64,000 nucleotides of DNA from Spirochaetia bacterium (lineage in GTDB: Bacteria; Spirochaetota; Spirochaetia; UBA9216): the NCBI GenBank assembly GCA_965140585.1, contig OZ223264.1, positions 256,001 through 320,000 on the forward strand. The letters run 5' to 3'. The position numbers and the translations under genes are program-made. Numbering within the stretch: position 1 is the first letter of the stretch; every line of letters begins with the position of its first letter. Positions 49,526 through 59,440 of this stretch are shown here, piece by piece. The notes beneath the pieces were generated by a model. It was given only the letters and a program-made list of their open reading frames with translations. It was not told the origin of the DNA and searched no databases.

Positions 49526-50305
49526 TTATTTTACCGCAACAGCTTCAACTATATAAGGCAGTACCTTTTTATTTGCAAAGATGTAGGTCTCCGATTCAAG
49601 CGACATTGGATTGCCCCGGTCGTCTGAACATAGAGCCCCGGCTTCAGAGGCTATCAGCAGTCCGGCCGCAAAGTCCCATGGTCCCAGCTTTAATTCAAAG
49701 TATGCATCAAGCCTTCCAGCGGCAACAGAACATATGTCAAGACAGGCTGCACCGTACCGGCGGATTCCCCTGATATTATTTTCAAAAAGGTAATCAATCG
49801 CATTAAGTGTACGCTTAACCATGTTGCCGCGTTCATAATAAAAGCCAGTTGAAATTATCGCTTCTTCAATTCCCCTGTCCGAGGCTTCAATTTTATTTCC
49901 GTTTACATATGCACCCTTCCCAAGCTCCGCTGTAAACAGTTCTTCATGAACGGGATCAAATATGCAGCCTATTTTAACAGTTCCTTTTTCTGCGTATGCT
50001 ATGGATACTCCGAATTGTGTAAGTCCGTGCGCGTAGTTGTTGGTCCCGTCAAGCGGGTCTACAATCCACAGATTTTCAGCATGCAGATCAAGAACCCCGC
50101 CTTCCTCCTCACCGAGGATTTTATGTTCCGGGAAGGCTTCAAGTATAATTTCTCTAATAGCTTTCTCTGCACTCAGATCCGCCTCGGTAACAAGATTATT
50201 GCTTGCCTTCTGGTGGATCTGCACATTCCTGAAGGCAGTGAGAATTATCTCTCCTGCCTTTCTTGCGGCTTTTTCCGCTGTGAATATTATATTGTCGGAT
50301 TTCAT
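49526..50305 (-). CDS. suhB: Inositol monophosphatase family protein
   Basis: 'WIVDPLDGTNNY'; 'PWDFAAG'. Confidence 0.9.
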   Translation of the reverse strand: MKSDNIIFTAEKAARKAGEIILTAFRNVQIHQKASNNLVTEADLSAEKAIREIILEAFPEHKILGEEEGGVLDLHAENLWIVDPLDGTNNYAHGLTQFGVSIAYAEKGTVKIGCIFDPVHEELFTAELGKGAYVNGNKIEASDRGIEEAIISTGFYYERGNMVKRTLNAIDYLFENNIRGIRRYGAACLDICSVAAGRLDAYFELKLGPWDFAAGLLIASEAGALCSDDRGNPMSLESETYIFANKKVLPYIVEAVAVK

Positions 50306-50308
50306 TGT

Positions 50309-50788
50309 TCAGTTTCCGTTGATAAGTTCTTTTAGTTTTGCAGTTTCAAACAGTTCAAAGAAGTAGGTATTTCCGTCATTGAAACGGATCTCCCATGCAG
50401 TTGAACCGAAAAGGCTGCCCAGTCTGCTTACTGGTCTGGCTTCTTCGGTTTCTCCGTGAATACAGGCGATGGCGCTGTTCTCTGAAACTTTTCTTATTGA
50501 AGCTGCTTCGGAAAGAAGAAAATTCATTGTGAACTTTTCATAATTCCTTTTCTTCTTTGACAGCATGTCAAGAAATGATGTTTTCTCAAAATCTTCAAAA
50601 TAAACCCGGTCATCGGTTGAGTAGAGCAGACCGCTTAAGTTTGTCAGACCTTTTCCAGCCTCACCTATAAATCTGGCAAAGCTTTTAAATAGTATCTGCT
50701 TGCCCGTTTCCTGCTCTTTTTCCTGCCAGAATTCCCTGCTTTCCTGAGTTTCATCCATAATATAACTGTATAACACAGATTTAGTCAA
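50309..50788 (-). CDS. Hypothetical protein
   Basis: ORF directly upstream of suhB; start may be ATG 50758. Confidence 0.7.
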   Translation of the reverse strand: MTKSVLYSYIMDETQESREFWQEKEQETGKQILFKSFARFIGEAGKGLTNLSGLLYSTDDRVYFEDFEKTSFLDMLSKKKRNYEKFTMNFLLSEAASIRKVSENSAIACIHGETEEARPVSRLGSLFGSTAWEIRFNDGNTYFFELFETAKLKELINGN

Positions 50789-50842
50789 AATGGTACCTTA
50801 AAATACTGTTAATGCTTCTTTTTATGATCGATAATGTAATAG

Positions 50843-51610
50843 ATGGAACACTATCCTGTTCATGAAAATAAGATAGAAGAGATGACTCCTGCAGAACTGG
50901 CTGAATATGCCGCCGATTTGAAAACTATTCTAAACAGAGTTTTCACCATAACTTCCCATGATCTCCGCAGTCCTTTCAGCGGACTTCTTGGTTTGTCAGG
51001 GATGCTGCTGAATGATTTAGATAACATCTGTACCGGCAATGGAAAGTTGTATGTTGAGAATATTCATGAATCAATTAATAATACATACAGACTGCTTGAG
51101 ACTCTGTTTGAATGGGGAAAGATAGAACGCGGAAAGGTGAATGACGTCATTGAACTGATTCCGCTGCGGACACTCATGTATGATGTTGAATCAGATCTTA
51201 AATCATGGACAGAGAAAAAGGATATATCTCTTGAACACCTTTATTCAGAGGATGTTCTGGTTTACACTAATTCTGAAATGCTTGAGTTTGTTCTTAAAAA
51301 TTATATTACAAACGCTGTTAAATATTCACCCAGGGGAGCTTCGATTAAAATAGAATGCCTGGGAGAGGGAGGAACAAAGAGGGTTAGCGTGAGTGACAGC
51401 GGAATCGGAATCTCTGAAGAAAACATAGCCAAACTGTTCAGGCCGGAAATTATCTGGCGGCACATGGGCACAGAAGACGAACCCGGCACCGGTATCGGAC
51501 TAATAGCCTCACACCGTTATGCCGGGTTGTTCGGAGCCTCGCTTCATGTCGCAAGCGGGGTTGGAACCGGAAGCACTTTCAGTATTATTTTGCCTGAGCG
51601 CCCCGTTTAA
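50843..51610 (+). CDS. Cytoplasmic histidine kinase with no obvious sensor domain
   Basis: 'SHDLRSPF'; 'NAVKYS'; 'DSGIG'; 'GTGIGL'. Confidence 0.88.
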   Translation: MEHYPVHENKIEEMTPAELAEYAADLKTILNRVFTITSHDLRSPFSGLLGLSGMLLNDLDNICTGNGKLYVENIHESINNTYRLLETLFEWGKIERGKVNDVIELIPLRTLMYDVESDLKSWTEKKDISLEHLYSEDVLVYTNSEMLEFVLKNYITNAVKYSPRGASIKIECLGEGGTKRVSVSDSGIGISEENIAKLFRPEIIWRHMGTEDEPGTGIGLIASHRYAGLFGASLHVASGVGTGSTFSIILPERPV

Positions 51611-52073
51611 GAGCCAGCTTTCCGGTCCGGATAGATTCAATAATATTGTAATCACTCAGCAGGTTGAATGCATTGTTTACCGCGTTGGTATCACCGGTAA
51701 TTTCAAGCACCCATACCAGTTCATTTGAGTCGATTATGCGGGCCTGAATTGCTGTTATTATCTGCAGCAGCTCGCTTCTGATTTCAGGCTTAACTTCAAT
51801 CTTTACCAGAGCATGTTCACGCTCAACAGCCTCGGTTTTCTTGATATCCCAGACCTTTATCACGTGTACCAGTTTATGAAGCTGTTTTCTAACCTGTTCA
51901 AGCACATTGTCGTCGCCCTGGACAACTATGGTGAAACGGCTCTTCCCCGGAATCTCGGTATGTCCGACTGAGAGGCTTTCGATATTAAAACCTCGGCGTG
52001 AAAAAAGGCCTGATATTCTTGTCATTACACCCGGCTGGTCATCACATAGAATTGCAATTGTATGATTCATCAT
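51585..52073 (-). CDS. ilvN: Acetolactate synthase small subunit
   Basis: 'PGVMTRISGLFSRRGFNIESLSVG' ACT domain. Confidence 0.95.
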   Translation of the reverse strand: MMNHTIAILCDDQPGVMTRISGLFSRRGFNIESLSVGHTEIPGKSRFTIVVQGDDNVLEQVRKQLHKLVHVIKVWDIKKTEAVEREHALVKIEVKPEIRSELLQIITAIQARIIDSNELVWVLEITGDTNAVNNAFNLLSDYNIIESIRTGKLALKRGAQAK

Positions 52074-52082
52074 TATCTCCTT

Positions 52083-53795
52083 TTAGTCCTCTTCGATGAA
52101 ATCCAGAAGGCTGTCACCGGTTACCATCGGATATGTGTTAAGTTTCTGCGCAAGCATGTATTCAATTACGACCGGCTTGTTCGCTGCCAGGGCTTTTTCA
52201 ATTGCAGGTCTGATTTCAGAGGGTTCAGTTACCCTGATTCCAATTCCGCCCATGGCTTCAGATATGGCTGCGTAATTTACCGATGAACCGAGGTCGCAGC
52301 TTTTGTATCTTTCGGAATAAAATGTGTTTTGAAGCTGGCTGATCATTCCAAGCCTCTGGTCATTCATTACCATCGCAATTACCGGAAAGTTCTCTTCTAC
52401 GGCTGTTACAATTTCCTGAATACACATGAGAAACGAGCCGTCTCCGCTTATTGAAATTACGGTTTCATCGGGTCTTCCCGCCTTTGCACCAATAGCCGCC
52501 GGCAGTCCGAAGCCCATGGTTCCAAGACCTCCGGAAGTGATGAATGAATTCTTTTTATCAACAGGAAAATAATGAGCCGCGAACATCTGGTGGCGGCCTA
52601 CGTCGGTTGTGATAATTGCATCGGGAACCATTTCTTTAACCGTTTCAAGAATGCATGGAATATTCAGGCTGGAATAGTCAGTCGGCTTTGTGTGTTTTTC
52701 CCTGATGCCGTGCAGAAAACTAACCCATTCTTTGCGTGCAGCCGACTCTGCGGCCTTCTTTTTATCATGAAGCAGATCGTTAAGTGCTTCAAGTATTTTA
52801 CCCGCATCACCAACTATAGGAAGAAAAGAGGGGATGTTCTTGCTTATCTCGGCCGGATCTATGTCGATGTGAATAATATCAGCTTTTGCCGCATATGTAG
52901 CAACCGGTCCTGTCGAGCGGTCGCCGAAACGGGTTCCAACTGCTATGATAACATCGGCATTCTGAATTGCGTTGTTAGCCGCTGCTGTCCCGTGATACCC
53001 TGAAAGTCCAAGATACTGAGGGTCCGAGTTGGGAAATCCGTTTTTCCCCATCAGGGTTGAAACAACCGGAATTTCTGTACTTCTGGCAAACTCGGTAAAG
53101 ATATCTTCTGCATTGGAACTGACTACACCGCCGCCGGAGATAAGAAGCGGTTTTTCTGCCTTGCTGATAAGCGCTGCAGCTTTTTTCATCTGTCCCGAAT
53201 GCCCCTTGATAACTGGGTTATAGCCTTCAAGATTGGATGGCTGAAATTTATTGGTTTTTGATGTGTCAATTTCGGTTGCTAGCACATCCTTAGGTATATC
53301 GACAAGAATAGGCCCCTTTCTGCCTGTTGATGCCAGGTAAAAGGCCTCACTTACTGTATATTCAAGGTCTTCAGGTTCTGACACCAGGTAATTGTGCTTG
53401 GTTACCGGAATTGTAATTCCGGTAATATCGACTTCCTGGAATGCATCGTTTCCAATCATAGTTTTTGGAACCTGCCCGGTAATTGCCACAACCGGAGCTG
53501 AATCCATGAAGGCTGTTGCCAGTCCGGTAACCAGGTTTGTTGCTCCCGGTCCACTGGTTGCCATACATAATCCGGGCTTTCCCGTTGCCCTGGCATATCC
53601 GTCTGCCATGTGTGCTCCACCCTGTTCATGCCGGCAAAGGACATGCCTTATACTGGAATGATCCAGTTCGTCATAAATTGGAAGAGTTGCGCCTCCGGGG
53701 TACCCGAAAATTATTTCAGCCCCTTCTTTCTCAAGAGCCTTTAAAACTGCTCCGGCGCCCGTTTTATGATGCTTCTTTTTCTTTTCATTATCCAA
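52083..53795 (-). CDS. ilvB: Acetolactate synthase large subunit
   Basis: 'FGYPGG'; 'RHEQG'; 'TSGPGATN'; TPP motif 'GDGSFLM'. Confidence 0.96.
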   Translation of the reverse strand: MDNEKKKKHHKTGAGAVLKALEKEGAEIIFGYPGGATLPIYDELDHSSIRHVLCRHEQGGAHMADGYARATGKPGLCMATSGPGATNLVTGLATAFMDSAPVVAITGQVPKTMIGNDAFQEVDITGITIPVTKHNYLVSEPEDLEYTVSEAFYLASTGRKGPILVDIPKDVLATEIDTSKTNKFQPSNLEGYNPVIKGHSGQMKKAAALISKAEKPLLISGGGVVSSNAEDIFTEFARSTEIPVVSTLMGKNGFPNSDPQYLGLSGYHGTAAANNAIQNADVIIAVGTRFGDRSTGPVATYAAKADIIHIDIDPAEISKNIPSFLPIVGDAGKILEALNDLLHDKKKAAESAARKEWVSFLHGIREKHTKPTDYSSLNIPCILETVKEMVPDAIITTDVGRHQMFAAHYFPVDKKNSFITSGGLGTMGFGLPAAIGAKAGRPDETVISISGDGSFLMCIQEIVTAVEENFPVIAMVMNDQRLGMISQLQNTFYSERYKSCDLGSSVNYAAISEAMGGIGIRVTEPSEIRPAIEKALAANKPVVIEYMLAQKLNTYPMVTGDSLLDFIEED

Positions 53796-53855
53796 ATCAA
53801 TTTACCTCCGGCTTTGTTTTACAGAAATTGTCAGAATTTCCGAATCAATTTCGGC

Positions 53856-53892
53856 AAAAAAAAAGCCTGCTGACCGACCGTCAACAGGCTTG
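53856..53892 (-). terminator. Attenuator terminator upstream of ilvB
   Basis: AGCCTGTTGAC/GTCAGCAGGCT stem followed by U9. Confidence 0.85.
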
Positions 53893-53909
53893 TATTTGCT
53901 AAATAGCTT

Positions 53910-54035
53910 CTAACAGCTGCTTCCGGCTCTAAATGAGTTTCTGACGACCACACTGACCACGACGACGTTAACTAGAACGTTAATGAGTACGTTTAGGACT
54001 GTGACCGCTGAAACGGCAGCTTTTACCGGATTCAT
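53910..54035 (-). CDS. ilv leader peptide (41 aa; not in ORF track)
   Basis: MNPVKAAVSAVTVLNVLINVLVNVVVVSVVVRNSFRAGSSC: 14 Val, 3 Leu, 1 Ile; directly before the terminator. Confidence 0.85.
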   Translation of the reverse strand: MNPVKAAVSAVTVLNVLINVLVNVVVVSVVVRNSFRAGSSC

Positions 54036-54056
54036 ATCTCTGTTATCCTGATAAAA

Positions 54057-54085
54057 AGACTAACCGCTTTTTTATTATCGGTCAA
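54057..54085 (-). promoter_or_regulatory. Sigma-70 promoter for the ilv leader
   Basis: TTGACC-17-TAGTCT on the minus strand. Confidence 0.55.
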
Positions 54086-54146
54086 TAGGCGAAAAGTGCA
54101 GGATTGCAGAATTCGAATTGAATCAGCTTCTTTTTAGTGTTATCAT

Positions 54147-54656
54147 TTGAATATGAAGAAGAGAATTATACTTATATTAACTGCTGTAATCTTTATTGCT
54201 GCCGCGGCACCGGTCTTTTCTGCCGAAACAGGCGAACAGGCCCCGGCCTTTGTTCTGCCGGATATTAATAAGAATTATGCTTTTTCAAAGAAGATCTATT
54301 TCACAGGCTGGGTTCTTGTTGATTTTTATGCAACATGGTGTGAAAACTGTAATGAAGAACTGCCTCATATAGAAGAATTATATAACGAATATTCGGACAG
54401 AGACTTTAAGGTGATTCTTATGGCAACCGACAAGGAAGGACTCGATATTGTTAAGCCTTTCTTTGCAGAACGTCCTACCCCTGTAACTGTGCTGATTGAC
54501 AAGTATCAGAAATCGGTTCAGGCATTCGGTGTTGAAGCTCTGCCTACCTTGTTTCTTATTAATCCCGAAGGGGAAATTGTATTTAAAACTGTGGGTTATC
54601 ATGAAGAGGATGTTGAAACTTTACGGAGTATACTCAGTGAAGCGCTTGACGGTTAG
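54147..54656 (+). CDS. TlpA/ResA-like exported thioredoxin
   Basis: Signal peptide; 'FYATWCENC'; 'LPTLFLI'; start may be ATG 54153. Confidence 0.9.
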   Translation: MNMKKRIILILTAVIFIAAAAPVFSAETGEQAPAFVLPDINKNYAFSKKIYFTGWVLVDFYATWCENCNEELPHIEELYNEYSDRDFKVILMATDKEGLDIVKPFFAERPTPVTVLIDKYQKSVQAFGVEALPTLFLINPEGEIVFKTVGYHEEDVETLRSILSEALDG

Positions 54657-55545
54657 AAAACCGCTTAAAACCTCTCTTTTTATTCTGATACTGGTTTCGG
54701 GCTTTTTGTCGGTACCGGTATTTGCAGAAACTGTCTCTGTGTTCTTTACAGCATCATTAAACGGCAATCTGATCGGCTGTGAATGCAAGGGGGTTCCGAA
54801 GGGCGGATTGTCATCATCTGCGACTCTTCTGAGGACAATAGATCATTCAAATTCAGTTGTTGTTGATCTTGGTGATGTTCTTGATGCCAGGGTTGATAAC
54901 CTGCTTTCTGCAACGATGATGAAACTATATAAGGATATAGGCTATGATCTGGTTGCTGCCGGTGATCAGGAGTTTGCTTCCGGAGTTGATTTTTTCAAAC
55001 AGAACTCCCGAACAACAGACTATATTTCCAACAATATAGTTCTCGACGGGAGAATGATAACTCCGGAACCAGTGATTTATAACCGTAAGGGTGTAAAAAT
55101 CGGAATAGCTTCGGTGACTTCTTCTTCTGTTTTCTACTTCTATCCTGATGAAGTAAAATCAAGGCTTAAAATAAACGATCCTGCAGAAACAGCAGCTGTT
55201 ATGCAGGAAATGATGGATGATGCTGATATTAAAATCCTGCTTTACCACGGACATATAGATGATGCCGAGGCTCTCTTTAATATACAGAACGGCTGGGACG
55301 CGGTTCTTGCTGCCCATGATCAGATGCTTTATGAGAAGGCCGACGGTAACCGTATGCTTCTGTCTCCGGGAGAAGAGGGCAACAGGGTCGGCCGTATTGA
55401 TTTCGATGTCCGGTTTGGAAAAATCAGATCTACTGAACACAGCTTCAGATATTTTAATTATAAAGTGGATCCTCAGGATCCGGGTGTTGAAAAAGCATTT
55501 GATGAATATAAAAAAGAACTGATTAAGAATCTCAAAAATGGCTGA
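54637..55545 (+). CDS. Exported UshA/5'-nucleotidase-like metallophosphoesterase-fold protein with CxC motif
   Basis: 'GNLIGCECKGVPKGG'; 'VDLGD'; 'GDQEF'; GTG start after GGAG. Confidence 0.7.
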   Translation: MKRLTVRKPLKTSLFILILVSGFLSVPVFAETVSVFFTASLNGNLIGCECKGVPKGGLSSSATLLRTIDHSNSVVVDLGDVLDARVDNLLSATMMKLYKDIGYDLVAAGDQEFASGVDFFKQNSRTTDYISNNIVLDGRMITPEPVIYNRKGVKIGIASVTSSSVFYFYPDEVKSRLKINDPAETAAVMQEMMDDADIKILLYHGHIDDAEALFNIQNGWDAVLAAHDQMLYEKADGNRMLLSPGEEGNRVGRIDFDVRFGKIRSTEHSFRYFNYKVDPQDPGVEKAFDEYKKELIKNLKNG

Positions 55546-56992
55546 AATTTCCTTTAAGAAACTTATTATTACTCTCGTTTTTACCGCATTTGCTGCAGTG
55601 TTTTCTGTATTTGCGGACAGCGGTCTGGAGTTCAGTATTACAGAATGGAACACAGGTGAGCTCGAAGCCGGAATTGTTACAGAAAAAACGGTCGAGGTTT
55701 TAAATAAATCAGGGACTGCTGTGGAAGTCGAATTAATCAGTACCTGCAGCTGTGTTTCGATAGCTCCTGACTTCCTTGAGATTGCACCGGAGATTACAGC
55801 TTCGTTCACAATATATTTTGACAGTTCAGATGATTCCGGGGAGTTTGAAAAGCTGATTATTGTAAGGACGAATCTGCCTGAACTTCCAAAAGGTTTTTTT
55901 GTTGTCTCGGGTTCTGTCGCAGGGGTCGGGGCTGAGGTTTCCGCCTCTGAATCAGAAGCGGTAATTGATCCGGAACCCTCAGATGCTGAACTTCCGGTTT
56001 ATTTTTATACCGCCGGATGCAGGAGCTGTAACAAGTTTATTTCTGAATCTGAAATTCCAATTACGCTCCGTGATATCACAGGTGCTGAGAATTATGAACT
56101 GATGTCGCAGCTGCTGGATGATTACGGCGTCCGGCTTGATGCAGTTCCGGTACTTATTTCGGTTAACGGCGTTTTTCAGGGGGAGGATGCAATACGGGAA
56201 GAGTATGCCAGACTGGTTTCAGGCGACTTTTCCGGGGACCCTGTAGCGGTCCCCTCCGGTGAGAAGAGGTCTGCATCTGCATCAGAGGGGATAACCCTAG
56301 TCGCGGTATTCGCCGCAGGGCTTCTTGACGGGGTTAACCCCTGCGCTTTTACCACTTTAATTTTTCTGCTGAGCGCGCTGAGTGTTGCCGGCCGAAGCCG
56401 TAAGGAAACCCTTTTGATAGGGCTTTTCTTTACTCTCGCTGTTTTTGTTACATATTATCTTATAGGTCTTGGATTTTTCAGAGTAATCCGGATTGCAGGG
56501 TCCTTCTCTGTTATCAGTACAATAATCAGGTGGCTTCTGCTTGCTGTTCTTATTGTCTTTGCGGGCTTAAGTTTTTATGATTACTCGGTTATAAAAAGAG
56601 GGAAATCAAAGGATATCATTCTTCAGCTCCCTGATTATATGAAAAAGAAAATACACTCATCGATAAGGACGTATTCAAAATCAGCCGCAATAGCCGGAAG
56701 TTCCATCCTTATGGGAATGCTCGTTTCAGTCTTTGAACTTGGTTGTACGGGGCAAATCTATTTTCCAACCATCACTTATATGATTCAGACCGGAAACGCT
56801 CATGAAGGCTGGGGACTGCTTGCTGTTTATAATATTGCTTTTATTATTCCGCTTGCCGCTGTTTTTGCTGTTGTTTATATAGGTGTTACATCAAAAAAAA
56901 TAACAGGTATTTTTCAGGCACACCTTGGAACTGTAAAACTGCTGACTGGAATAATGTTTATCGGCTTTGCTCTTATGATTTTATTTTTTTGA
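55538..56992 (+). CDS. DUF1573-like Ig + glutaredoxin-like + CcdA/DsbD-type membrane protein
   Basis: 'STCSC'; 'CRSC'; 'GLLDGVNPCAF'; 'FELGCTGQIY'. Confidence 0.8.
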   Translation: MAEISFKKLIITLVFTAFAAVFSVFADSGLEFSITEWNTGELEAGIVTEKTVEVLNKSGTAVEVELISTCSCVSIAPDFLEIAPEITASFTIYFDSSDDSGEFEKLIIVRTNLPELPKGFFVVSGSVAGVGAEVSASESEAVIDPEPSDAELPVYFYTAGCRSCNKFISESEIPITLRDITGAENYELMSQLLDDYGVRLDAVPVLISVNGVFQGEDAIREEYARLVSGDFSGDPVAVPSGEKRSASASEGITLVAVFAAGLLDGVNPCAFTTLIFLLSALSVAGRSRKETLLIGLFFTLAVFVTYYLIGLGFFRVIRIAGSFSVISTIIRWLLLAVLIVFAGLSFYDYSVIKRGKSKDIILQLPDYMKKKIHSSIRTYSKSAAIAGSSILMGMLVSVFELGCTGQIYFPTITYMIQTGNAHEGWGLLAVYNIAFIIPLAAVFAVVYIGVTSKKITGIFQAHLGTVKLLTGIMFIGFALMILFF

Positions 56993-58031
56993 TTGAGTAA
57001 AAAGCTCCGTCAGTTCCGCTGAACTCCATTTCAGCATTGAGCTGAAGCACAAGTGAAGATATCAAAGCTGTTCCCAATGTCCCGGAACTTTCCATGCTGA
57101 AGTCTGCTGGGAATGGGATTCCATTGTTCTGAAAGGTTATTTCGAGTTCATTTCCGTTATTTTTAAGATGAATTTCAATTCTCCCTTTCTTTCTGTCAGG
57201 AAATGCATGCTTGAATGAATTGGTAATCATTTCATTAAGCATTAATCCAAGTGGAATAGCATTATCTACAGAAACACCGATGTCATCTACATCAAGAAAC
57301 ATTTCAACATTTGACGCGCTTCCGGGAATAGTACTTCTGATAGATTCAGTAAGAGAGTGAATGTATTCAGGCATATTTATACGGTTCATATCATCAGAAA
57401 TATAAAGCTGTTCGTGTACCAATGCCATGGAAAGGATTCGAGTCCTGAGATCGTTTATGAACTGTTCCATTTCTTCATTGTGATTTTGTGACTGATCCTG
57501 AAGATTGATGAGGCTGTTTACAAGCTGCAGATTGTTTTTTACGCGATGATGTACTTCCTTGAGAAGAACGTTTTTTTCATCAAGCGACTGTTTAAGCGCC
57601 ATAAGAAGCTGTTCTTTTTCTGTCACATCGTGCATTATCAGTACTGTATAATCCCTGTTTTCAAAGTTTACTTTTCTGCATGATATGTCAAGGTAGAGGT
57701 CTTTTGATAATTTTTTTGGATGATAACTGATGCTGTATGAAGTATAGTCGTTTTTTAGAGCCTGAATAAGTTCTGGTTTATCTTTGAAAAGTTCAAAGAT
57801 TGTTTTTATTTCTGTCTCAATCAGTGATTTGGAATATTCACGTGCGGTATCATTCATATCTATTATTCCGCCCTCAGGATGTGTCGCCAGAATAATTCCT
57901 TCTGAACTCTGATCCAGAAGAGCTCGGAAGCGTTTGAGCCCGGGGTAATAACTTTTTCTTATCGATGATGATCCCAGTCCTATGACAGAATTGAAAGATT
58001 CATCTCTTATTTCATCCAAAGGCCTGCTCAT
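56973..58031 (-). CDS. PAS / HisKA_2 histidine kinase with ErcS-like N-terminal motif
   Basis: 'IGLGSSSIRKSYYP'; 'EVHHRVKNNLQ'. Confidence 0.85.
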   Translation of the reverse strand: MSRPLDEIRDESFNSVIGLGSSSIRKSYYPGLKRFRALLDQSSEGIILATHPEGGIIDMNDTAREYSKSLIETEIKTIFELFKDKPELIQALKNDYTSYSISYHPKKLSKDLYLDISCRKVNFENRDYTVLIMHDVTEKEQLLMALKQSLDEKNVLLKEVHHRVKNNLQLVNSLINLQDQSQNHNEEMEQFINDLRTRILSMALVHEQLYISDDMNRINMPEYIHSLTESIRSTIPGSASNVEMFLDVDDIGVSVDNAIPLGLMLNEMITNSFKHAFPDRKKGRIEIHLKNNGNELEITFQNNGIPFPADFSMESSGTLGTALISSLVLQLNAEMEFSGTDGAFYSIKKIKS

Positions 58032-59169
58032 AAAGCTCCTTCAAATCAGTTTCGCTGCATTCTCTCGGGTTGGTGAGCAGGCATGGATCGTTTATGGCGC
58101 GAGAGGCCATACTTTCAATATCTGTCTCAGTTATGGTCTTAAAAGGTTCCTCATCCACAACAGCATCTTCTATCAACTTGTTGAGCGCGGTTGTGACTCC
58201 GGATGAGGATTTTTTGTCATTAATTAGAATTCCTGACATTTCCATCAGCCGGATATACCTCTCTGAGGCTTTCGGCCAGTTGTACTTTATTACCGTGGAT
58301 AAGAGTACAGCATTGCATTCGCCATGCGGAGCATTAAGGTAGCCTCCAAGGCTGTGTGCCAGGGCATGAACAGCGCCGAGGCTGGTGTTGGAGAAAGCCA
58401 GCCCTGCCTCCATACTTGCCCGCATCAGTCTGCTTCTAATCTCAATATCTTCAGGATTGTCAAGGCATGGTATAAGGTCTTTAAGAATTATTTTAACTGC
58501 TTCCGCAGCGTGAATGTCGGTGATTGGAGAATGTGCTTTGGAGACATATGCTTCAAAAGCATGGGTCAGTGCGTCGAGAACAGTTGCCGAAGTAAGAGAT
58601 TTATCCATTGAGATTGTTGTTTCAGGATCGATGAGGGCAACGTCAGGTACAAGCAGTTTGCTTACAAATGCAACTTTAACTCTTTTCTCGGTATCTGTAA
58701 GGATCGCAAACTGTGATACATCGGCAGATGATCCGGCTGTAGTTGGTATACATATCATCGGGGGGCCTGGGTCGGGTATTTGATCTATTCCCATATAGTC
58801 CATAGGATTGCCCGGATTAGCTGCCAGAAGCCCAATTATTTTAGCACAATCCATGGGACTTCCACCGCCGATTGCTATAATGCCCTCACAGCCTGTGCTG
58901 CGGTAGATTTCTGCTCCCTTGATCGCTTCGTGATCTTTCGGGTTCGGGGTGACATTCAGAAAAACTTCTGTTTCCACGCTTTCTTTGTTGAGCAGATTAA
59001 TGAGTTCGCTGGTCCACCCCGCTCTGGCTACGCCATGATCGCTTACAATGAGTACTTTTTTGAGTCCCAGGTTCTGTGTGTACTGTCCGGCCAGTTTTCT
59101 AGCTCCCGGACCGAAAACGATTTCGGGTGCAAGAAACTTGCGCAATGTCAAATCGGGATTTTGTTCCAT
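58012..59169 (-). CDS. ercA: Iron-containing alcohol dehydrogenase, ErcA-like regulatory type
   Basis: 'LRKFLAPEIVFG'; GGGS; 'DALTH'; 'HALAH'; overlaps the kinase gene. Confidence 0.75.
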   Translation of the reverse strand: MEQNPDLTLRKFLAPEIVFGPGARKLAGQYTQNLGLKKVLIVSDHGVARAGWTSELINLLNKESVETEVFLNVTPNPKDHEAIKGAEIYRSTGCEGIIAIGGGSPMDCAKIIGLLAANPGNPMDYMGIDQIPDPGPPMICIPTTAGSSADVSQFAILTDTEKRVKVAFVSKLLVPDVALIDPETTISMDKSLTSATVLDALTHAFEAYVSKAHSPITDIHAAEAVKIILKDLIPCLDNPEDIEIRSRLMRASMEAGLAFSNTSLGAVHALAHSLGGYLNAPHGECNAVLLSTVIKYNWPKASERYIRLMEMSGILINDKKSSSGVTTALNKLIEDAVVDEEPFKTITETDIESMASRAINDPCLLTNPRECSETDLKELYEQAFG

Positions 59170-59373
59170 CTTGGCCTCTACTTAAAATTATATAATAGTT
59201 TTTATATTGTTCAATAAAATAATCTGATAATTAATATAATGATATAGGTTTCTCGATGATAAGTTCATAGTTCCCCGGGATATCAAGTGAAAATATAAAA
59301 TTATTCCGGTGAAAAATAAAACATCACAAAATATTACAGTCTTTTTATTTAATTATGTAATTAAATATATATA

Positions 59374-59440
59374 CTTCAGGTGCCCGAGAGGGCTTAAAAG
59401 GGAACCGGGTGAGAATCCCGGACACCCCCAGGTACTGTAA
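59374..59440 (+). ncRNA. Cobalamin riboswitch, 5' half (3' B12 box not found)
   Basis: GGTGCCC-GAGA-GGGC-TTAAAAGGGAA-CCGGGTGAGAATCCCGG-AC..CCC..ACTGTAA. Confidence 0.8.
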
